64,000 bases of DNA from Epiperipatus broadwayi (GCA_028023455.1 JAQFVV010000002.1:24676001-24740000); one strand, 5' to 3'. Shown: positions 38,139 through 50,674, counted from the first letter of the stretch. The notes: generated by a model from the sequence alone, not told the origin. Numbers and translations are program-made.

Positions 38139-39990
38139 GGTAATTGTTAAATAGCCAGTGTACATCGCTTGGTGGTGCTGTTTCTATGTAAAAACACAGA
38201 ATAATACCGCTTTTGCAACCAAACATACGGCTAACGCACCACTACGATCGTAGTAGGCATTTAGCGGCCATGTGATGTGGTTTACACGGCCGAAACTACA
38301 ATATTACTGATCAGCAAGAGTTGTTTATTCTGCCATATCAGAACCTGTGGCTAATATAACACTACAATCATAATAGCCGTTTAATTGTGCTGAGTGATGG
38401 CCTTGCCCAGCTTTGTGTGGCTTTCTATGCGTTCAATCAGTAATGGCACATCGCTACCATTTAACCTGAGACTGCATGTACAGGAATATCTTAGAACTGT
38501 TGAAATGTTGTTCCAAATGGTTTTCCCTAGACGCCAACTGACATAGTATTACCTACTACTAATTTTCAGTATATCAGCAATGCTTCCCTATGCAGTATGG
38601 AAGTGTTTTAAATTTGGAAATGGCTCTGCCACAGCACGATTACAGGTGTTCGTAAAAAAGTCCCATTTTGGCCATGACTCGTACAAGAAAAATAAAATGG
38701 CTAATGGAATAGCATAATGATTCAACTGTGAGACATCCCAAACACAGAAGCTGATGCAATTGCCTTTCTGCAAGCTCAAAATATCCAGCCACATGTCAAT
38801 CAATGTTTATGAGGTAAAGCTATGATATTTAGTAGACGAACTTGGCAATTTGTGTGCTCACTAGTCTCCAAAGTAATTTCTGGCTGTTTGTTCTTTAAGT
38901 TGTTGTAGGTAGTGAAATGTTGTTCAAAAATGGTAAACTTTGCGCTTTTCAGCCAAAAGAGTTTTCTTATTAATTACACATATGTCATTAATAAATTTAT
39001 TTTTTCAATGAATCTGTTTTGTTGTTGTGATTAATTTGTAAGGCAATCAATTCCAATATTTTTTTTTGGGGGTGTTATTTATTTTGTTTTTCTTTAAAGC
39101 TTTAATTGAATATTACAACCAGTCTGTCAGTGTTCAAGTGTAGAGGGTGGATGAAAGTAGGCCAGTCTAAAACAAAAAAAAACCAGTCTTTGATTCTTTA
39201 TTGTAAATAAAAAGAAAATGGCCTTTTTGGGGGAGTAACTACTATAATAAGAAAATGAACAAAAAAGAAAAGGTGAAAGTAAGAAAATAAAAAAGCTGTC
39301 TGATTAATTACTGGAGAAAAAAGTCCGCTTTTTAGACTACTATTATTATAATAAAAAAAAGAAAGAAGGCCATCTCTGCTTAATTACTATAAAATAAAGT
39401 ATGCTTTTTTTTTCCATGTGTCATAGCATCAGCCGGGAAGTGAACCCGCTAACCCAGGACAACTGCTTGTAAGGCAGCTGTGCTGACCTCTCAACCACCA
39501 AAGCTTTTTTGAACACATTACCTGTACATTGTAAGCTAACTTACTGTTATTATCAAAAAAGGCAAAAAAAAAAACCCCATGCACACCCCTTTTTATTAAA
39601 AATAAAAACAAGAAAATAGCTTTTTTTAAAACATGTAATATAATTACAAAAAAAAAAGGCGCCATGTAAGATAATTAAAAAAATAATTATAAAAAAAACA
39701 CTGCTTTTTTTAAAAAAAACTAAAAAAAAAAATAAGAATAAGGTACTTTTTAAATAAAAATAAAGGCATATTATTTCAAAAAAACACCTCTTTTTTTAAA
39801 AAAAAAAAAAAAGAAAAAAAAGCTTTTAAAAAAAAAAAGAATAATGTACATTTTTTTTTTTTCATATGTCATAGTATCATTTTTAAGAAGAAAAAAGCCA
39901 TATTCAAAAATAACGTAAATTGTTTTTAAGTTTAAGAGTTGACAGAAACAACACCACCAAGCAATGTACAGAGGCTATTTAACAAATACC
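38139..39990 (+). mobile_element. Merlin (ISXO2-like) DNA transposon, non-autonomous
   Basis: ~47-bp TIRs starting GGTA[A/T]TTGTTAAATAGCC; perfect 8-bp TSD aaaaattt (38131-38138, 39991-39998); from ATG 38717: MIQL*DIPNTEADAIAFLQAQNIQPHVNQCL*GKAMIF, resembling Merlin transposase N-termini. Confidence 0.8.
39405..39504 (-). repeat. tRNA-Gly(TCC)-derived short SINE/pseudogene, anticodon position TAC, with A-tail
   Basis: Minus strand: GCTTTGGTGGTTGAGAGGTCAGCACAGCTGCCTTACAAGCAGTTGTCCTGGGTT(AGCGGGTT)CACTTCCCGGCTGATGC TATGACACATGG A9; tail-only copy at ~39850-39878. Confidence 0.75.
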
Positions 39991-40078
39991 AAAAATTTCA
40001 ATGTATTGTATCTACAAGTTTCAGTAAATATATATATAAATGATATTAATTAATTTTTAAAAAGCATAAATCTCTTAC

Positions 40079-40140
40079 CTTCACCAACCGCCTCTGCATG
40101 TAACCTGTTTCAGCTGTTTTAACAGCAGTATCAACCAAAC
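40079..40140 (-). CDS. POLR3A: Internal 62-bp exon of the RNA polymerase III largest subunit (bridge helix)
   Basis: ttctatattttcag|GT TTG GTT GAT ACT GCT GTT AAA ACA GCT GAA ACA GGT TAC ATG CAG AGG CGG TTG GTG AAG|gtaaga = (G)[20 protein letters not shown]. This matches RPC1 as I recall it; RPB1 has [20 protein letters not shown] and RPA1 has KTSRSGYLQR. Confidence 0.93.
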
Positions 40141-41817
40141 CTGAAAATATAGAAGGTGAATCTTAAATGATTTCAAAAATGGATTAAATGCACTTTTTGA
40201 TTTACATTTTAAATTTACATATATATAATTATTTGTTATTATTAGTAAAAAAGTACATCTTTTTTAATATGTTTATTTGCAGTTTTTAAAAATCCATGTA
40301 AGCCTCTCGTTCGTTGGCAGTAAAAGACAATCTCCCTTTATTAATTTCCATAAGAAATGATTTTACATTTATATTATAGTTCTATATTGCAAAATAAATT
40401 AATAATTATTTTACAGTATGGCTACAGCCTAAAATTAATTCTTATTCTTATAATTAATAAACAAAGAAGTCATATTTGCCAAGTACAGTATTCATCATCA
40501 ACAAATAAGACAGTAAATAAACAGATAAAATCTGCAAATAAATATGTTAATATATATATTACTAATAATAAAAAATAATTATAGATATAGTTTTATATAA
40601 ACAATGATAGTAATGTTTATATAATTATTTATACTATATGCTTTTAATTAATCTATTTAAAATATATTAATTTTTAAAATATGAAGTCATTTTGGCACTC
40701 TTAAATATATAACTATTCTAATAACAGCTTTTGTGTTATTATTTCAAAAATTGCAATGCAAATTGTCATATATAATGAACAAGTGTCACTGTTTGATTAT
40801 AATACCTTACTGCCTAACTTAGGGGGAAGGGGGAATTTAAAGTACTGTATATATATGTGTGTGTGTGTCTAAAATTATTCCTATATACTTATTACTATAA
40901 TAAATAATTTATTATTAAAATAAATTCTGTAATTTATTTCAGAATAACAATGAAATTAGCTAAAAATTATACTTCAAAAGTTAATTATTTTTATCAATTC
41001 ATAATAAAATATCAATTAATTTTAATACGTTATTATCATATAACATTAAAACATTAATTCTAAAAACAAACTTATATTTATATGTACTCATACTTATTTA
41101 TTTAGCATTCTTTTTTTTTTATACATTAATAGGGCTAAAGCTGCAGTGTTTCCATCTAGTGTTTGAAATTATATATATATTTCTAAATATTATATATATT
41201 ATTAAATGAAACTATTTGAAATTAAAAAAGAATAGTCTTAGTAGAACAAAAATAAAAAAAAGCAATAAAATCTGATATCATATAGTCAGTTCTCTATTTA
41301 CTAAATCAGACTTACATAAATGTAAACATGTAAAATTAAGTGCAAGCTATATATAAGTCATGTGACATCTGACTTGTTATTATTACTATTATAAATGTAA
41401 ACAATATATGGAATACTTAAAATGCAAAAAAATTAAATAGATACTCAGTTCTGCTTTGTCTTATATTCGAAAACTGTTCTGCATCAAAACTTTGCTAAGC
41501 AATTTTAAATATTAATGCGGAAATAATTATTAATTGACCCCACATACTTATGAAATACATATATGCTAAACTAAGTAGACCAATTCAGACTTTTAACCAT
41601 TAGCCAAAATTAAATTACAAATTCATTACCAATAGTTTCCATATAAAGGCTACTTCTTAAGTGCAAAGTAACTTCATACTGACAAATCTGAGAATTCTGT
41701 CCTGGCAGCAAAACCATTAATAATGGATTTACAATTTAATTTTGGTTAGTAATTTAATTGTGAACTGTTGCATTTATTATATTGACTAGTTTAGTTTTAT
41801 GCACTTGATATATTATA

Positions 41818-42317
41818 TGAGGTGTGACAATTTAACTCTTAAAATGCACCTTCATAAAATATACATGTGGAAGTGAACATTAGTGGCTAGTGTCATCTTC
41901 ACTGTAGTCCTCTTCTGCATCTGTACACTGATTAAAATGGTGTTCCTATTTCTGGAAGCACACCTGAAACTCATTTTCAGGAATATTGCTCAGCAGCTAT
42001 CTCACATTCTTTTGGATATCAGTTATAGTAAAAAATCTTCACTCTTTCAGCTCAGTTATTAATTTTGGAAATATCAACAAATCACAGGGAGTTAAGTCAA
42101 GTAAATAGGTAGGATGGTCCAGTTATGTAGTTGATTTTTTGGCCCAAAAGTCTCTCACAATGAGCGAACTTTGATTCATTTTTATGCCAATGCATATGAA
42201 CAGATATTTATTATCTTCTCAATACCTAACACATGAATGCTGAATACATGTGGTTTTGATACAATTTGATCATGTGACACTACATGACCATTCCGAGAAT
42301 TAAATTATCACACCTCA
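41818..42317 (-). mobile_element. Mariner-family deletion derivative (500 bp)
   Basis: TIRs TGAGGTGTGACAATTTAACTC / inverted copy ending 42317, TA on both sides; minus-strand remnant HPTYLLDLTPCDLLIFPKL...EEDYSEDD (decayed HPPYSPDLAPCDF motif). Confidence 0.9.
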
Positions 42318-42609
42318 TATATATATATACACCTTAATAATATAAAAAATTCATTAAAGTTAATGATGCACCTCTAAATATTAAGATTTTGAAATAAATG
42401 GCATCATAGAATGTCGAATTATTACTAATGATAATTATGTCATATAATTCAATGATAATATTTTAATCCTTAATTACTACATCTAAAAAAAAAGTGATAA
42501 ATTCATAAAAGAAAATTACTTTGTGGCTAATTCACTTTCAGTAAATTTTTAAAAAATCTAATAATGAACAAACATTTATATATTTAAATTAAATAATTAA
42601 AATAAAATT

Positions 42610-42819
42610 CAATTTATCCAAACCACTTTGAACACTTTTTAGCCAAACTCTTTATTTGTACATATATATATACACTCTGAAGAAGACTGCAGGACAGTCG
42701 AAACGTAGGTGTATGTATATATATACAAATAAAGAGTTTTGATAAAAAATGTTTGTAGTGATTGGATAAATTGTATTTATAGGGTATTACAGCAAAATAA
42801 AGAAAAGTGTGATTTTGGC
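42610..42819 (+). mobile_element. Small fold-back with a hammerhead at its apex, 46-nt tail and 11-bp flanking repeat
   Basis: Arms 42610-42676 / 42708-42773; tail 42774-42819; aaaataaaatt at 42599-42609 and 42820-42830 (low complexity). Confidence 0.75.
42667..42717 (+). ncRNA. Intact minimal type-I hammerhead ribozyme
   Basis: TATATACACT CTGAAGA A GACTG-CAGGA-CAGTC GAAA C GTA GGTGTATGTA; palindromic ACGT stem III; predicted cut after 42707. Confidence 0.85.
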
Positions 42820-44053
42820 AAAATAAAATTTTTTAAAGAAACGTTTACACATAAATCACATAAATATACTAAAAAAAAAAAAAAATCTTGGGCTTTCACA
42901 ACATTCTCCGCATTATATGACTAAAGTAATAATGTGCTGCACTCTTGTTCAGAAATAGTTGAAGAATATTCATGAACATGAGTGCCACACATTTTTATTT
43001 GATCAATAATATCAAAAATATCGCGAATGCTGAAGATTTTAATGTATTTATGTGAATAAAAACATTCATTTAAAAAAAAAAATTTATAAATATTTTTATT
43101 TTCTACTTTTTAGTCTTATACAAAAGTTTAGATACAATTTAATATCATATATGGCAATAGCATAAAGAGTACTGAATCCCATATAAAATTACAATTTTTA
43201 ATTGTCATTGGAAATACATGTATATGCCAAGTTTCAATCAGGTCAGAAATTGGGAACTGGGTAAAAATTGAATTGCAAAAGTTCTCAGATGCATACAAAA
43301 TAAAATCAGAGTAAATTAAATATCAGAATAGTTTTTAAAAAAAAGTTGTAATTAAAATTTATAAAGTTTGTTGCTTGTTTTGTTGATAATATTTTTCGTA
43401 TAGTCCAAAGTGTTCATTTTATTTTCTAATACGGAAGAATTATTATTTACACATTATTTTATTCTTTATTTCAATTGCTAGACATCATGGTTTACATAGC
43501 TTTTATGATTTAATGCAGACATAAAATGTTAGGCATAAGAACTAGAGATTCATGAATTGCTGATCAATCTGTCACTTCCGATGTTTAGATGTCTTATGAT
43601 CTCTGAGCAAGAAACCTTGATGTTATATAAGTGGTTTTCTTCAGGAAAAACAGAAGTCTTGCTCAAAATTTTCAAAGATGAGTTGCTGAAGTGTATTATT
43701 TTTAATACAATCACAGGTATAAAAGGGATAAAACTTTTTTATAGAAAGAGATTTCTCCGTTGATTTTAGCCAATCAAGAGATGCCAAACTTTTAAAACTA
43801 TCATAATAAGCAGCAACATTATATGATTAAAGAACAAAAACTATTAACAAATAATGCAGGCAAAACTCCTGGATTAAAGTTCAGTCAGTCATTTCCTGTA
43901 CCCGAACATCATGTTCTCGTAAACAATTAACAATTCCGTTATTATTAGTAATCTCTTCTATTTTAGATAGACAACTTCCATTATTCTCCATTCTTTTTTA
44001 TTATTACATAAATAATTTCATATAAATAAAGATACAATAAAAAACAAATAACT

Positions 44054-44095
44054 CCCAAGATGCAATTTGTGCTGAACCAGCACTTATCAGTTGGG
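44054..44095 (-). ncRNA. Decayed hammerhead (family H), unpaired copy
   Basis: Minus strand: CCCAA CTGATAA GTGCTG-GTT-CAGCAC AAAT TGCAT C TTGGG; perfect stems I and II, three core substitutions. Confidence 0.65.
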
Positions 44096-44464
44096 CCAGA
44101 TCATCATCTCTCATATATCTTTATTACATGAAGAGTATTTATGTAGAGTAGAACTTCTACATAACTTTAAAACTAGTCACAATAAGAGTATACTAAAAGT
44201 TTTGAAATTTTTGTAAATTTTGAACTATTTATTTAGCGATTATATCCTGATTTAATAAACTGAATATAACAGTTCAATGCAAGCTGAAAACCAGAAAATT
44301 TATAAAATATAAATGTTTGAAGTTACTAAATCCATTATACATTTTTTAAAGTTTTTTTTTTAAGATTGATACAATGGTTGCTAAACTTCCTAACAAAAGA
44401 AAACTTCTAAACATTATTAAGTTTTAATGTAGCAAGTGAATTTCATGAAAAGAAATCTTTCTTT

Positions 44465-44760
44465 TCAAATGATCATCATTTCATATGTTTACACATGCTG
44501 TCAATAAGAGTACCAAATTCTCCATACAATAGAGCCACCAAGTGCAAGCCTTCACAACCAATGGATGTAGGAAGGTTTGTGCATAAAATCCCAATTTAGT
44601 GCCTACTTGTCCAACAAACCCAGACTAGTTTCTAGATTGTGGATTTTCATCAGTGAGGAGCCTTGAATTTGAGAGCACTACATCTAGATTTTAGGCTCCA
44701 ATGCAACCCTCCAGCAGCTACTCTTTAATTGTTTGATTAACTATAAAGCTAGAAGCCCAA
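44465..44760 (-). repeat. Family Y long copy with hammerhead at 44619-44658
   Basis: Minus strand: CCTCA CTGATGA AAATCCACAATCTA GAAA CTAG TC TGGG; core intact, stem II disrupted. Confidence 0.75.
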
Positions 44761-44914
44761 GATAAAAACATCTTAAGGTTTCCAACCCAAGCTCATTCGC
44801 TTGTATAGTCATATAGATCTGAACTCAGTTCAGCATCAATACATTTTGGTGTCTCTGGTTTTTCAAAAACCAGTCACCATTATCCTATGGACAGAACTGA
44901 TATAAAACCATCAA

Positions 44915-45185
44915 AACCTCACCATTTCATTTGCTTACAGCTGTTAATAAGAGTACCAAACTCTCCATACAGTAGTACCACCAAGAGCAAACCTTCGTAA
45001 TATCTAGATGCAGTGCTCTCAAATTCAAGGCCCCTCACTGATGAAAGCCACAAGCTAGAAACTAGTCTGGAAATATTGGATGAGTAGGTACTAGATAGGG
45101 ATTTTATGCACAAACCTTCTTGCATCCATTGATTATGAAGGCCTGCACTTGGTAGCATTACCGTATGGAGAGTTTGGTAATCTTA
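44915..45185 (-). mobile_element. Family Y fold-back in mirror orientation, hammerhead at 45033-45072 (+)
   Basis: Short arm with tail ~44915-44990, long inverted arm ~45005-45180; CTCA CTGATGA A AGC-CACAA-GCT A GAAA CTAG TC TGG. Confidence 0.75.
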
Positions 45186-47061
45186 CTATTATAAATGTGC
45201 ATGAAATAAAAGAAAAACAAACATTTTTAAAAAATACTGCCCACCTTTAGTGTCTGCCTACTATAATGCAAAATAGACCGGAAGCTTTATCATTGAGACA
45301 AAAAACATTTATTACTATGCATTTTGAGTGTGTATTTTGATAATACGATAGCAATTTTCTTGAGAGAAAAATGGCACACATAAATTATCATTGTTAGGTA
45401 GATAAATATTAATAAAATAAGTTCTTTAACTCTTTTGCTCAAAGAAAAATATTAAGAGAATTTGTTTAATAAGAAAACAATGATTTCCATTTTTTTTTCA
45501 TCATAAAAAAAAAAAAATTCAAAATAATTTTTTGTGGTGTAATTACATAAATTTAATTAAAATAATGTTTTTAATGGCACAATACACTACAGTAAAAAAT
45601 GCTGAACCCTTATCTATACTTAAATTCATTAACTATGTCATGTTCCCAATAATAGATATGATCGAGTTTTATTAGAAAAGCATGTGGAGATAGGAAGAAA
45701 TATGAAAATTAAATTTAATGATAAAAAATCTAAGATATTAGTAATTAATGGAAAGGATAAATCTGAAAGATGGTAACAGCAAATATTTATCTTAAAGAAG
45801 TAAAATATAAGTATGTGGATTTAAATATTACATGGTTAGTAGAAAATTAGAGTTGAGACAGAAGGCAAAAATTGCAGTAGATTTGATTACAAATACGACA
45901 TGTTTTAAATATAACAAACATAAGATATTAAGAATAATTTGAAAAATGGTATTAATATTTATTATAACTGGAAATAATTTGTAATGGTCATAAGCTTAAA
46001 TGGCAAACTGTGAGCAATATGAGGATATTCAATGAAAATTGAAGCAGACTTCTTTTTAACTGCTAAAAAATAGTGTCAAATTGGATTGTTTGGAAAGAAA
46101 ACAAGTACAAATGAACAAGAAAAATTTTATAACACAAAGTTAAAAAAAAATAGAAAATCTATTTCATATATTTGGATTTTTGAAAAATGGAACAAACATG
46201 CAAAAAAATATGTTACAGATACATAATTATGAGGATTGTAAAAAAAACAAATTTCATTTTAGGGGGGGGGGGGCTTGAATTTTTTAAAAAAAGTTTTAGT
46301 ATAAATCCCTTCATAAAGCAAAAAAAAGAACAAAACTGAGAAAGAATTTGGGCTATAAATATGCTTTATATTAAGATGGGATGGAGGAATTTACTAAGCA
46401 TTTATAAAGCTTTGAAGTGTAGAATTTTGAAAAAAAAATGAGAAAATGTCTGGAAAGTGTGAAAATCAGAAATGTGAAAAAAGCAAAAATGTTAAGAGAT
46501 TTTTTTTATTTTATTTTGATTTTTATGCTTAAAATGTTAAAATAGAATATTGTAACTAATGTAATAATTTTTATTAAAATGAAAAAAAAAAACTAAATAT
46601 GATAGAGATGAGAGTTTGATTTGGTAATTGTAGAAGATATAATTACTATAGTATATAATGATTTGAGAAGGAAGAATACTTAACACGGTTCTCTGAGTAA
46701 TTGGGTTATGCAAGGAAACTTTACATATATTATATCATGGCAAAATACAATAGTTTAATACTGTATTTGATTTTGTACTTTCATTACTTTGTACCAATAT
46801 ACACTATAGAAATAAAATCTATTATTTATTGTTTTAAAAAAAGCACACTGTAAACATATACTTTAAATATAATTATATATATACCAAATGCACCAAACTT
46901 TTTTTTTTTACGATTTAATGTGAATTAAACAAAAGATTTTAAATGTGGGAATTGTACATTGTTCTGAAAGACTGTTGTTACAGAGGAATACAAAAAGTCC
47001 AGGCTTTAGTCCATCATTTTTGTAATAATTGGTTGCTTTAACAATTTTTTTTAAGATTTAA

Positions 47062-47829
47062 CCCTTAAACCGCTAATTATATTATTGGTTGTATGAGGTA
47101 AAAATCAAATCTTTTAATTGGCCAACTCACAAACTGAAGACAAAGCCTATTGTTAAAACATATTCGCCTATAATATTAAATTCAACTCAGATACGTTTAT
47201 AAAAAGTATATTACTAATTTTTCAGGTTATGAAAGAGAACGAAAGTTCTTTCAAAAATAAATTGCTATTTATTTATTATAAAATATATTCAATTTCGGCA
47301 AATATAAAGCGAATGTCTAAACAAAAAAGTGCTGACGCAAACACTTTTTTTCAATTTTACGTTATCGAAAAGTAAAGATTTCTTTTTGCTAAATCTTAAA
47401 TATTTTTACTAAAATCTTCAATATTTTTCGAAAATAATTTTGTTTTTTTGGTATATTTTTTAAAAAACTAGTTTAATTTCTCAAATTATATTTTTTTAAT
47501 ACTTAAATTGCATTCGAAATGAAAATCTCAGCATTTTTCTTTATTTTCTTTGATCAGGCGGTTTCTTTGTTCTTTCCAGCCAATCAGAATGTCTTTTTCG
47601 GCTGAGAGCCGGCTGTCAGCGAATCACTGACAAGGTTCTTTCTTTGTTTAGTTTAAAATGCGGTTTGTTTGTTTTTTTACTTGTAAAATAATTCAGAAGA
47701 GGGCACCATCTTACAGAACTTTTAAAAACCTAATCAATAACTGTCGAACGAATATTTTAGCATAAGAACTAGCAGAGTTAGAGTGACATCAGATGTCGAC
47801 GAGATGCCTCGTAAGAGGCGGTTGAAGAA
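47062..47829. mobile_element. Possible piggyBac-like MITE
   Basis: TTAA|CCCTTAAACCGC at left; GCGGTTGAAGAA|TTAA at right (13/16 match to the inverted left end); subterminal ACGAG-ATGC-CTCGT palindrome; CpG-rich interior. Confidence 0.45.
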
Positions 47830-48639
47830 TTAATATAAATTAAGCAAAACATTTTTATATTACATAAATAAATTTTCAAATTTTAATAAAGCTAAATTAA
47901 AATTTACATTTTTAAATATATCCGTTATATTTTCTAGCTTTATGGCTTCAAATATATATTACTGCAACGCCCACTGAATAAAAAAATATCGATAGTCAAC
48001 CACACCTAATAATAAGTTCTTTTAGCTTTATTAATAGTTATCATTTATAAATGTTGGAATAGAAAAATGTCGGGTTGTTTTTGTAATATTTTTTTTATTA
48101 AATATAAGATTTTTAATTTTTTTTTAATTGGTTGCTTTAACAATTTTTTTTAAGATTTAATGTAAATAGTTTAATTATAACACATAGCTAATTTATAAAA
48201 TTCATTAACCATTGCTAAGTATGACATTCATCTGAACTATATTAGGCGATTAACAGACCATGAAAGCAAGGAGCATCTTAAAGTTGAATTACGAATTGGT
48301 ATTTGTGACTGTTTCTGCAGCTGGATGGGAACTTTTACGGTGAAATATATACTATATAACCGGAGTTAAAAATACTTATATTGTTCTTTTTCCCAGCATT
48401 TTTTTTTCAATGGCGGAATTATTTCTTTTACATAAACGTAGTAGTTGTGAATTTGATATGTAAGATCAGACAAACATTCATTCACCAATCAGACAACAGA
48501 GAAAATATAAATTTTATATAGAAGATATATATATATATTATAGCAAACATTTTATATATATACACTATTATTTCAATTTACAATCCTTGGAAATATTAGC
48601 ATCATATAAGTGAATATATTGTCCTGCTCCATATTTCAC

Positions 48640-50500
48640 AATTTTTGGGTCATATGCATCATCTCATAAAGCTCATGGCTAATAACCTACTTAATCTGAA
48701 TGGCCAGTATATTGAAAAGGACCATATAAATGTTGTCCTCCTAGTTCTCTCCTCAGTAAAATATTTTCTGCAGAGTTGTATCTCTTCACCATGTGCCAGA
48801 AATATGTCATTACATATTTCTTTATTAGCACAAATATCATGCTAACTATACATTTTTCTATAATACAAACATTAGTCCAAACAATAGCATGTGGAATAAA
48901 AAGCATACTGTGACAGCACCATATTTCAAACCATCCATTCATTCAATTTTCATATAATTTATTGAGTTCAACAATTTTTGGCCGTGAAAATGGCAACTGG
49001 AAAAATCAGATAAATGCTCAAATTTAATTTGGTGAGTCTAAATATTTTAGTCTTTTTATACTTTTTAGATGGTTTTGCCATCACTTTTTTTACTATCACA
49101 ATTCTTTTGGGTATTTCCATATCATATTAACTCTTATAGACATGATAGAACTCAGGTATTCATATTCATCCATTATTTCAAAAACCTATTATACTTTTAA
49201 TTTGGCAAAAATTATTATTGATACAAATAATCATGACTTGAGTTTTTAAGGTATTTATTTCAAAATCATACCAAGATCAAAATATCAGCATATCTCAAAT
49301 TATTTATGTATCTCCTAATCATTGCTATTCCACAATCCTAGCCTTCAAGAACGTTGTGCATGACCTCTCACATTGAGTATTAAAAAGAATGAGGGAGGAC
49401 ATATACATCCTTGTCTAATAATTAACATATTTTAAATTCTTTGAAAAAGTTTTGATTATTTTAAGTTTCACAGAATTAGATTCATAAAAGATTTTTGATA
49501 AATAGTACCATATATAAAGACATCCACAAATGCAAGATTATCTACATTAGTTTGTAGATCCAAAATCACATAAACATTTTAATATTATACTCTCTAGTTT
49601 TTTCAATCACGATGAATCTTTAATGTCTATTCTTGTCCTTCCTCTAGGCATAAATCACAACTGATCCTCAGATATTTGTAAAAAAATTAATATTTTTAGG
49701 CATTCACTACTATTTTACTGAAATGCAAAATGAAAGCTATTTTTCTATAGTTATTATAATTAGATAGATCGCCTTTTTTTATGAAGTGGTGTAAAGACCG
49801 AATGATACCTTGACCAAGATGTGGTTTCTTAAATCCTCTGTTAAAAATGAATTTCATTTTCATCTAATTCTCATCTTTAATAATTTCAATTGTTATTCCA
49901 TCCTTACCAGAAGCTTTCATTTTGTTTTGTTTCTCATTTTGTATGACATTGTCTATTTTTAATCTATGAATAGCTAATTCTAGATCATTTTATTCATTGC
50001 TTTCAATGTATATGATTGACAGTCATCATAGCAAAGTTGGTAACAGTATTTTTCTTTTCATATCTCAGCTATGTTTCCTTGAAAACGTCTGTTTATTGAG
50101 CTTAAATCTTCATTGTATAATTCTGACACTTTCATGCTGTAATTTACAGATTTTCCTATAAAATAAGTTCTCATCTTTTTTGAAAGGCATATTTAATTTT
50201 ATAATTAATTTTCCAAACTCTTTCAGCTTTACATTCCATATTTTTTCATGATGAAATTATTTTTACCCATCCTTATTCAAATCAAGTGTTGCATCTGACA
50301 TTCAATGTTCATGTTTGTGAAAGATTATTTTGTTTGTATTGATCCTGCTTCTGGAATTCATTTTTTAATATCAGCCCGTTCTTTTTCGAATTCTGGATAA
50401 ATGTTGGGCCACATTAATTGTTAAAATGCATTTGAAAGTCAGACTTTATTTTATTTAAGACTTACTTTTAATACTTTTTACATCTTGGTTTCCATCTTTC
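48640..50500 (-). mobile_element. Degraded LINE (RTE-like) RT region
   Basis: Minus-strand remnants KASGKDGITIEIIK, PLHKKGDLSNYNNYRKIA, GFMPRGRTRID, RQGCICPP, RYADIL. Confidence 0.75.
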
Positions 50501-50674
50501 TCTACCATATTTTCAAAATGGGTGACATTAATTACTATTTATCTATTTACGTAGAGATATATAGAAATCTAAAAGACTAAATTGAGAGTTAATCGTCTCT
50601 TATTTTATAATAGTTACTGGATAAACAATTCAACAAATGGGATTAACACTATCGGTAAAACAAAGTCAACACAA

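Noticed and set aside
45600-46200. Very decayed LINE RT-like stretch (KIKFNDKKSKILV)
   Set aside because: Only one weak motif recognisable.
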